20,123 nt of DNA from Candidatus Hodarchaeota archaeon (lineage in GTDB: Archaea > Asgardarchaeota > Heimdallarchaeia > Hodarchaeales > Hodarchaeaceae): NCBI GenBank assembly GCA_016840035.1, contig JAEOTC010000136.1, positions 1 to 20,123 of the forward strand, written 5' to 3'. The notes under the pieces are model-generated. The model was not told the DNA's origin. It ran no database searches and saw nothing but the letters and a program-made list of their open reading frames with translations. Positions 1-7,246 of the stretch are shown here, one piece after another. A program made the translations under genes and the position numbers. Position 1 is the stretch's first letter, and every line of letters begins with the position of its first letter.

Positions 1-2
1 TA

Positions 3-107
3 CGAAGTGTTTATCGTTCAATCATGCTTAAGGCTCAAGAGGATCATCCTGAGCTTGTTTATGTGTGGTCAGGACTAACGTGGTTCATGATGGACTTTGA
101 TAGTTAG
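3..107 (+). CDS. 3' fragment of an upstream gene of unknown function (partial)
   Basis: Frame is open from the window edge (RSVYRSIMLKAQEDHPELVYVWSGLTWFMMDFDS) to TAG at 105-107. This stop overlaps the convergent TAA of the next gene (104-106), like the tight convergent packing elsewhere in the window. Confidence 0.5.
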   Translation, partial: RSVYRSIMLKAQEDHPELVYVWSGLTWFMMDFDS

Positions 108-1516
108 GAGTAATCATTCACTCTAGATGTACCAATTCGTCTGATAACTACAAGTATTATTAATGAACCTATAATTAGGGGTGCAGGAGTTGAACGAGAT
201 CGTTTTAATGATCCAGGTGTATAAGAACTTTCAATTGGGGGTGCAATTGTCATTGGATCTAGTTTTTCGACAAGCTTAGGAATCAAATAGCCATATGTCT
301 CGGATTCCATCCGAGTATCATTCCAGACTTCTGCAATATACATCTCTGCTAATCCCTGATGATCCTCAGGGCGTAAATAAGTTGGTCCTTTGGGAGTATT
401 GATTGTTAAGTTATTTTCAAGATGATTAATCAAGTCACAAATCTCAAGGTTTTTGACAGCGTTTGTAACATTCACTAAAAACTGTGCTGTAGCAAAACCA
501 GAAGCAGTAAACAGTTCAGGTACACGATAATCCAATCCTAATCCAGAATTGGGTTTTATATTTCGCAAAATATGCTGATTTACCATCCAATCATTTACGG
601 GATTATCAGGAAGTTCATATCCATATAAGCATAATCCTGTAGATCCTTCAAGGGTATGGGGATCAGGAAGATTCTCTTCAATGGCATTCGTTGAATATAG
701 GTCTATTACGGCTCCTCCAACATCCATAAAATCAGTAGTATTAAAATCAGCAATATCTTGCCAAAGGTATGCGAAATTCCCTGACCAAATTATGAATAAA
801 TAGTCAATTCCAGTCGTCATCTCGGTAGTTAGTATATTTTGAAAGTAGGGTGTGAAATCGTACGTGGTTAGACTTGCGAATTGAATGCTTACTACAGATC
901 CTTCTTTTGCCTCAATGACTTTTTTCATTGTTTCAACCCCTGTGTGACCAAATGAGTAATCAGCTGACAAAAATGCACACTTTTTCGCCCCTAAGGTGTC
1001 CATCGCGTAAGTTACTCCTGCAAAAGCATCATGCCAGTTATTCCTGGCAATTCGAAAAGTATAGGGATTGAAATTCTTTCCAGTTAGATCCGCATCTGCA
1101 CCAGGAGTGATAAAATAAAGTTTTTTATATTCCTCTGCCACCTGAGCTATTTCTTGAGCGACATCGGAATATGTTCCCCCTACTAGAATATCTATTTTGT
1201 CATTTTCAATAGCTGAAATTGCTAAAGATCTAGCATCTTCTACTAATCCCTTAGTATCGTAAAATAGGATTTCAAAAGGCCTTCCATCTACTGTGCTGTT
1301 AGTACCATCTGTTGAATAAATAATTCCAAGTTCAAATCCTTGACGTGACCATGGTTCGTAAAAATATAAACTTGCTGCAGTTTTTGGGGCAAAAAATCCA
1401 ATTTTTATAGTTTCTGTGGCATTAATTGAGGAAACTTTACTTGAATCCAGATTCATGATATTAATTATAAGTAACACTAAAACGAGGGTAGTAAGATGGG
1501 TATACCTATTTTTCAA
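104..1516 (-). CDS. Branched-chain amino acid/amide-type (LivJ-like, periplasmic binding protein type I) substrate-binding protein with C-terminal membrane anchor
   Basis: N-terminal hydrophobic signal, then IKIGFFAP, GFELGI, DTKG, IDILVGG, YFITPGADADLTGKNFNPYTFRI, ADYSFG and TPKGPTYLRPEDHQG, typical of this family. C-terminal STPAP-hydrophobic helix-RR. TTG start with GGTGA SD at 1526-1530. Confidence 0.9.
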   Translation of the reverse strand: MKNRYTHLTTLVLVLLIINIMNLDSSKVSSINATETIKIGFFAPKTAASLYFYEPWSRQGFELGIIYSTDGTNSTVDGRPFEILFYDTKGLVEDARSLAISAIENDKIDILVGGTYSDVAQEIAQVAEEYKKLYFITPGADADLTGKNFNPYTFRIARNNWHDAFAGVTYAMDTLGAKKCAFLSADYSFGHTGVETMKKVIEAKEGSVVSIQFASLTTYDFTPYFQNILTTEMTTGIDYLFIIWSGNFAYLWQDIADFNTTDFMDVGGAVIDLYSTNAIEENLPDPHTLEGSTGLCLYGYELPDNPVNDWMVNQHILRNIKPNSGLGLDYRVPELFTASGFATAQFLVNVTNAVKNLEICDLINHLENNLTINTPKGPTYLRPEDHQGLAEMYIAEVWNDTRMESETYGYLIPKLVEKLDPMTIAPPIESSYTPGSLKRSRSTPAPLIIGSLIILVVIRRIGTSRVNDYS

Positions 1517-1754
1517 AATGGGATTTCACCTTAGAGTTTGAGATCATAATACTCTCTCACTAAAAGAAAAGTTTTTTGGAGATTTGAACTCTATATTATT
1601 GCTAACTACAAAAGATCTCTCTTCTAAAATCAATAAAAAATATTTAATTCTTATAGACATTCTTAGAAATATTCCCCAAGTGCACTGAATTTATTCAAAG
1701 ATCAGTAATGGTGGATTCCAAATTTATCAGCCTTCACCTTGAGAAGTAATTACC

Positions 1755-3011
1755 TTGACATTCCCTATCTTGAAGAGACCTATAGGTTTCCAATGGATTA
1801 TATTATTTAGTTTGGTGTTCTTTTCCTTTTTTCCAATTTTTGTATTAGAGATGGTTCACTTAACAACCTTACCCAAGAATATTGAATCAGACCAGCTTGA
1901 TAAAAGTGAGAGCCAACTACTATTTGCTGCTGATCGTATTCAACAATCTCTATCATCTGATGCTTCATTATTATCTATTCTTTCAAGAGCGGAACAAATA
2001 AAATCCTTTCTAGAGGATGATGAAAATAGTACAATTAGAGATATTGTCGTAAGCGAATTTCAAAACTATATTAGTGAATTTCTCGGTTCTCCTTTATCAC
2101 CTGTGTTCACTGAGTCGCATCGTATTTTAGAAATAGGAATTGATCTAATCGAACAATATTCCACTAGCACATCGGATTTTAGTAATGACAATCTAGTAAG
2201 ACTTCTGACATTGTCGTATGATTCCTCCACTTCGATATATATTACTCAAGGAAGACAAGAAATCCTAGAAACTCACAATTATTATCCGTATTATCAAATT
2301 AAATCATACTCACTGGCGAAGATATCGTTTTCCTCTTCAATTCGTCAACAAATTAATTTCATGACAGGTGAAGCAATTCGAGGTGAAGATCAATCCCCTC
2401 TCCCAGTGAATGTTCATTCACAAATAATTCAAGCAGAAAACGGATCTTGGATTGGACATATCTATACAGTAGTTTCTGCTAAGTGGATACTTGATACTGT
2501 TGATGCTCTTAGTAAACCTGCTATTCTTACAAATAGGGTAGGTACTGTTTTTTATTCAAACGACATCTTACGATTTACTGAGGTAACTGGTTATTACAAA
2601 ACTATACTAGATGCCCCTTTCAATTCTACTATCATTGATCGAAATGGTTTTCAGGGAGAAATAACAATTTATCGACAAATTGCTATAGATACAGATCAAA
2701 ATGAAACTCTATTAATTGCCAAAGTTCTTCCCCAAAGTGAAATCCTAGATAGTTTTTATCAGGCTGCGGTTCAAGCAATTATTACAGTTATTGTTTTCAC
2801 AAGTTTTGCTACGTTATTAGCGTATTTCACCACTCGAACCCTCACTCGACGTATACGTCAAGTAACTTTGGCTGCAGATCAAGTTTCCAAAGGGAATTTT
2901 GAGGTAAATCTTGATTTAGAAGGAACTGATGAACTAGCAAAGCTTACTAGATCTTTTCATCAAATGACCAAGCAGTTAAAGATTCATATGAAAGAAGAAG
3001 ATTCAGATTAA
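1755..3011 (+). CDS. Membrane sensor protein: TM, extracellular (Cache-like?) domain, TM, HAMP, with no output domain
   Basis: Two hydrophobic segments (aa ~12-33 and ~335-360). Clear HAMP signature LTRRIRQVTLAADQVSKGNFEVNLDLEGTDELAKLTRSFHQMTKQL, then stop 9 residues later. The TTG start is uncertain. Confidence 0.85.
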   Translation: MTFPILKRPIGFQWIILFSLVFFSFFPIFVLEMVHLTTLPKNIESDQLDKSESQLLFAADRIQQSLSSDASLLSILSRAEQIKSFLEDDENSTIRDIVVSEFQNYISEFLGSPLSPVFTESHRILEIGIDLIEQYSTSTSDFSNDNLVRLLTLSYDSSTSIYITQGRQEILETHNYYPYYQIKSYSLAKISFSSSIRQQINFMTGEAIRGEDQSPLPVNVHSQIIQAENGSWIGHIYTVVSAKWILDTVDALSKPAILTNRVGTVFYSNDILRFTEVTGYYKTILDAPFNSTIIDRNGFQGEITIYRQIAIDTDQNETLLIAKVLPQSEILDSFYQAAVQAIITVIVFTSFATLLAYFTTRTLTRRIRQVTLAADQVSKGNFEVNLDLEGTDELAKLTRSFHQMTKQLKIHMKEEDSD

Positions 3012-3016
3012 TAATT

Positions 3017-3742
3017 CTAAGGTTTAAAAGCGTTATAAATTATAACAGTGTCAAATAGCAATCTATAACTTATCACTCGCTTCCAACGGGCTTTTTTCAG
3101 TAATCGATACATTTCTATTGGAGCATTAAATTGTTCTACTGACTTGAAATAGTAATCGTAAGCTTTTACATTTGATGAGAATAGAGATGCAATCTTTGGA
3201 ACAATTTTCTTGAAATAAAAAGAAATTAACATTCTTACTATTGGATTCTGGGGAATCTTAGATTCAACAATGATTAAGTTTCCTTCCGAATTAGTCACAC
3301 GATTAATCTCTGATAAAACCAATAATGGATCATTCACATTCCGTAGCCCATAAATGATTGAGCAAGTATCAAAAATTTCATTTGAAAATGGTAGATAGCT
3401 AATATCTGAATTTATCAATTCAGGTATACTTATTGCACCATTACTTTTTAATAAAAGCATTCGCTGCTGTGCTATAACGAGCATTCCATTTGAAAAATCA
3501 CATCCGATAATTTTTGCATCTGATTTTAAGGTAGCACTAGCTAGAAAGGTAAAATCCCCTGTTCCTGATGCAAGATCCAGGAAACGTTTAATTTTTTTCT
3601 TTTGCAAAAGACCTATTGCGAATTTACGGGTTTTTCGGTGAGTAAATCCAGTCATAACATCATTCATTAGATCGTATCGCGGAGCTAAGGAGGTAAACAT
3701 TTTTGAAATTACTTTAGCCGATTTATCAAGTCTATGAGACAT
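3017..3742 (-). CDS. menG: UbiE/MenG family quinone biosynthesis C-methyltransferase
   Basis: MFTSLAPRYDLMNDVMTGFTH, SAM motif FLDLASGTGD, CDFSNGML, LPFSNEIFD, YGLRNVND and AYDYYFKSVEQF match UbiE/MenG/COQ5 signatures. Confidence 0.88.
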   Translation of the reverse strand: MSHRLDKSAKVISKMFTSLAPRYDLMNDVMTGFTHRKTRKFAIGLLQKKKIKRFLDLASGTGDFTFLASATLKSDAKIIGCDFSNGMLVIAQQRMLLLKSNGAISIPELINSDISYLPFSNEIFDTCSIIYGLRNVNDPLLVLSEINRVTNSEGNLIIVESKIPQNPIVRMLISFYFKKIVPKIASLFSSNVKAYDYYFKSVEQFNAPIEMYRLLKKARWKRVISYRLLFDTVIIYNAFKP

Positions 3743-3797
3743 TTTTATCAGGGAGTGTGTGATCTAAGAGGAATTGAGGGTTTAGCGTAACTGTGGG

Positions 3798-3836
3798 AAA
3801 AAAAGTAATAATAATTGTGAGAAAAATTTCTCACAA
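3798..3836 (-). terminator. Perfect 10-bp inverted repeat followed by a T7 tract on the minus strand; terminator of the GNAT gene or operator upstream of menG
   Basis: TTGTGAGAAA-AA-TTTCTCACAA at 3815-3836, 13 nt past the GNAT stop. A7 at 3798-3804 reads T7 on the minus strand. Confidence 0.5.
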
Positions 3837-3849
3837 CACCAAAAGTTCA

Positions 3850-6800
3850 TTATTGTGGAAATAGATTTGAGATCTCCTCTGAATCCAATTGATTAGAAGA
3901 GTCAATGATTATAAAAAATGTACAAGTATCTGTGGTATTCGGTTCAATAAACCAGAATTTGGCCACTCCTCCTCCTAGAATCATTTTTCCTGCGTCGAGA
4001 GGAAATAGTACTGCATCTGATTGAGGAACAATAACTGTTAGTTTCTTTCCATCTTTTAAATAATCCAATTTAGTAAGATTCTTTGATCCTAGAGCGAATA
4101 TTGGTATGGGGTTGTCTCTGGTAAATGAATAATTTAATAATGAGTTTTCTTCATGAATTTGTGAGATAACATTCTCTATAGACCCCTTAATTGCAGGATT
4201 GAGGAGACTCAGCGATAAACATTGGAAACTAGCCGTTGTAGGGTTGGAAATAGTTAACTTCACCCTTATTAAACCTGTATCTCCACCTAGCAATGCATAT
4301 TCCGTTTTGAACACGAGCCCCTTCAAGGATTTTCGTTCCTTTACATTAACAGTGTACTCTACTCCGTACCAGGGATCATTATGGATTTCTGATTCTTGGA
4401 ACTCTTCCTTGAAGAATTTTGGATCGCTGAGATCATCACTCGGGCCGATTAAAATAGTCAATACTCCACCTGGATCTTGGTTAAAGAATAGAGAAGGTGT
4501 CATATTGGGAAAATTTGATTTAAGATATTCAATTTCATTTCTTTTGATAGACGTAAGAGTACCAACAAAATCTTTAGAACTATTGATTTTCACAGATTCA
4601 TTTTGCACCTCTGTAAGGTTTTTGCTTCCCACAGAAGGTAAATGTTGAATTTTTGGCTCTTTAGATTTGTTAAAGACAAGCACCGTGATATTTTTGGAGA
4701 TCTGGCCTGTTGGGGAATCAATCACTACTTTAAGTGGTTGAGTGTACGCTTTAATCACAGTAGGTACCTGAATTTGAAACTTAAAGCTTTGTGGATTCTT
4801 CAGATTTAGATTGGTTAGTTCTTCCAGCTTAGGGGAGCAATCCCACCCATCAGGAATTTCAATTGATATGCTACCTGAAAGTGGGAAGAAACGAGTAGAG
4901 GTCACATTCAGATGAATTTCATTCAGCATATCTCCGAAATATAAGGAGTTTTCTGGAATGGCAATATCTAAGTATGATTTTGGGTTTAAATTCTTCTTAG
5001 AAAATGGTAAGATGACCTTTTTTGATAAGTAGTGCGCTAAATCTCGGATATCTTTCCATTTATGAGTTAAACTACATCCTAACCAACTTTTCACAGAGGA
5101 AACCGTTGACAATTCAGGGATAAGAACAGTCTTTTCCAATGTAGTTAATGGTCCTCTGCTCGGGTTAGCTAAGGTATGTTCTGTTTGATAGATATGATAA
5201 TATGTGATATCATCAACTTCGATACATACCCAGGGTTCATATCGCTCTGTACCTTCTGGAAGATCACCTTCTCGTATGGGCCAAAGATAATTAGGGCCTC
5301 TGATCAGTTCGTTATCGAAAATGAGGTACCTATTTCCGATAGGCATATTGACACCATTCACATAGTGAGGTTGGATAAGAATTGTTACCTGATCCTGAAT
5401 AGTTCCTAGATTCTGGATTTCTTCCCAAACAGCCACATGTGTGTCACCGGGTCGGAGTTCGAAAATTCTTGAAAAAATCAGTTTTTCTTTTGATATACTT
5501 TTCTTTGTAAGCTTTATCTGAATAGAACTCTTAGTACGGATTATTTCTGCATCAAATTTTACTTGATTAAATTCACTAAACCCGAAAGGAGGTCCAAAGT
5601 CGAGAATATTGACACCTATTCCCATATATCCTTCTTCTGTAGATATTATGCTTGCACGAGCACCTTCAAGGTTTATTGTGGATCTAATATACTGATTTTG
5701 AAGGATGACTCTCTTTTTGTCCTCTTGGATTTTTGCAGCAACAGAAGGGTGATCAGAAACGAAGATTGGAACCTCAAATACTCTACTTTTCGTATTTTCC
5801 ATCATCAATTGACAGTATAGAGTAATTGCTTGATCTTCCCCATTTTCTGGTACTTCTATGGAAGATCGTAGCCCAATGTGACATTCGGGATCAATTTTTA
5901 TTTGAATCTCAGGAGTTAGAATCTGTATTTCGGAATTTGACCAGATCTTTAGGTTACCTTGAACAATATTCGTTGTTCGATTATTTATATTGAGTCCAAT
6001 TTCTTGTTTCCCAGTAGGAATCCAACGAGTTAAATCCGAGTTATTAATATCAACAGGTTGTTTTGCTCGAACACCAGACTCTAAGATAAGTTCATTTCCA
6101 TTCAATGTAATTTTTGCTTTAATACTAGGACTTTTTCGATAGATATTGGAATCAATAGTTGTATCGACTACTGAATAAGAATTCTTGAGATTCACACTCC
6201 CAATAGGGATATGAGCACCTAAGTGTGTATTCTGAGGAGTAATCTCCTTTGAAGGTTCAAACGACACGGTTAGAGAATACTCCTTTCCGGTCTTATTCTC
6301 TACATTCAACGAAAAAGGTTTTTCTATTCCAGTAAACACATCGTGTTCGTCATGTTGAAGAACAAGACTTAATTCTTCTCCATCTAGACATCGTGTTATA
6401 CCCATAATTGAACGACTATATCTATCAATCATTACTTTCAGATAATCCCCATTGTTTTCAAAGTGATAGTTAAAAACTTTCATCTTTCCAAACGAGTTGT
6501 CATCAGGAGCTTGAGAAAATTCCCGTTTCTGATCTAAATACCAATCAGGATGTTTATCGAAGTATGGCTTACAAAAACTGTCTTTTAGGATTGCTGGAAT
6601 ATAGTTTTGCATGTATACTGAAGTATCGGGAACCCATTGAAGGCCAATCTTCTTATACAACGGGACTGCTTTCATATTCGAAGCCCATGTATGTAAATCT
6701 TGCCGATAATCACCATTTGATTGACTAAAATCAATGGCTGTCAGTAAAAGATGTTTACCATATTTTTTGGAAAGAACATCTGGATGTGCACCTAGTATTC

Positions 6801-7083
6801 CAATATATGAAACATTAGGTTCTTCCATCCGCTTATGAATGGAGACAAAACCTACAATGCGTTCTGTTGGATCAAAAGCAACATATGTCTCTAATGCTTT
6901 TCTTTTACTTATGAATTCTCTAGCTCGTTTTTCATCGAATTTAATACCTTGTGTAAATGTCCCTGGCCATAAATCATCGATTTCGTTGAAAAAAACCGCT
7001 AATTTTTGAGCATCAGTTTCTATATTGATAGGTTGGATTCTCCCTTCGAACTTATCCATTTCCCTAAGTTTTTGTGCATCCAT
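3850..7083 (-). CDS. Large multidomain GNAT-family N-acetyltransferase
   Basis: N-terminal GNAT fold: IVGFVSI, SYIGILGAHPDVLSKKYGKHLL (acetyl-CoA motif A) and LHTWASNMKAVPLYKKIG (motif B). About 900 aa of beta-rich sequence follow. AGGTGA SD lies just upstream of the ATG. Confidence 0.85.
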   Translation of the reverse strand: MDAQKLREMDKFEGRIQPINIETDAQKLAVFFNEIDDLWPGTFTQGIKFDEKRAREFISKRKALETYVAFDPTERIVGFVSIHKRMEEPNVSYIGILGAHPDVLSKKYGKHLLLTAIDFSQSNGDYRQDLHTWASNMKAVPLYKKIGLQWVPDTSVYMQNYIPAILKDSFCKPYFDKHPDWYLDQKREFSQAPDDNSFGKMKVFNYHFENNGDYLKVMIDRYSRSIMGITRCLDGEELSLVLQHDEHDVFTGIEKPFSLNVENKTGKEYSLTVSFEPSKEITPQNTHLGAHIPIGSVNLKNSYSVVDTTIDSNIYRKSPSIKAKITLNGNELILESGVRAKQPVDINNSDLTRWIPTGKQEIGLNINNRTTNIVQGNLKIWSNSEIQILTPEIQIKIDPECHIGLRSSIEVPENGEDQAITLYCQLMMENTKSRVFEVPIFVSDHPSVAAKIQEDKKRVILQNQYIRSTINLEGARASIISTEEGYMGIGVNILDFGPPFGFSEFNQVKFDAEIIRTKSSIQIKLTKKSISKEKLIFSRIFELRPGDTHVAVWEEIQNLGTIQDQVTILIQPHYVNGVNMPIGNRYLIFDNELIRGPNYLWPIREGDLPEGTERYEPWVCIEVDDITYYHIYQTEHTLANPSRGPLTTLEKTVLIPELSTVSSVKSWLGCSLTHKWKDIRDLAHYLSKKVILPFSKKNLNPKSYLDIAIPENSLYFGDMLNEIHLNVTSTRFFPLSGSISIEIPDGWDCSPKLEELTNLNLKNPQSFKFQIQVPTVIKAYTQPLKVVIDSPTGQISKNITVLVFNKSKEPKIQHLPSVGSKNLTEVQNESVKINSSKDFVGTLTSIKRNEIEYLKSNFPNMTPSLFFNQDPGGVLTILIGPSDDLSDPKFFKEEFQESEIHNDPWYGVEYTVNVKERKSLKGLVFKTEYALLGGDTGLIRVKLTISNPTTASFQCLSLSLLNPAIKGSIENVISQIHEENSLLNYSFTRDNPIPIFALGSKNLTKLDYLKDGKKLTVIVPQSDAVLFPLDAGKMILGGGVAKFWFIEPNTTDTCTFFIIIDSSNQLDSEEISNLFPQ

Positions 7084-7153
7084 TTAATCACCTAAAGTAG
7101 AATGTATGTGAGTTACACATTTATACCAATTGTTACACGGAAAAGGCCCTCCA

Positions 7154-7170
7154 CTTAAAAACACCATTTT
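7154..7170 (-). promoter_or_regulatory. Putative archaeal BRE/TATA for the GNAT gene
   Basis: Minus strand reads AAAATGGTG-TTTTTAAG about 70 nt upstream of the start. It has the same TTTTTAA core as the boxes at 15260 and 17874. Confidence 0.35.
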
Positions 7171-7246
7171 ACTGGCAATAATTATAATTTGGTGGGAAAT
7201 AATCACTAAAAATAAGAATAATCTATTCTACAATAAGTGAAAAATT

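Noticed and set aside
1553-1640. Loose repeat CTCTC(A/TT)CTAAAA in the SBP/HAMP intergenic region
   Set aside because: Short, imperfect and low-complexity in AT-rich DNA, so it cannot be distinguished from chance.
4199-5820. Plus-strand ORFs 4199-4648, 5176-5409 and 5563-5820
   Set aside because: They are antisense shadows inside the 1077-aa GNAT gene with no recognisable motifs.
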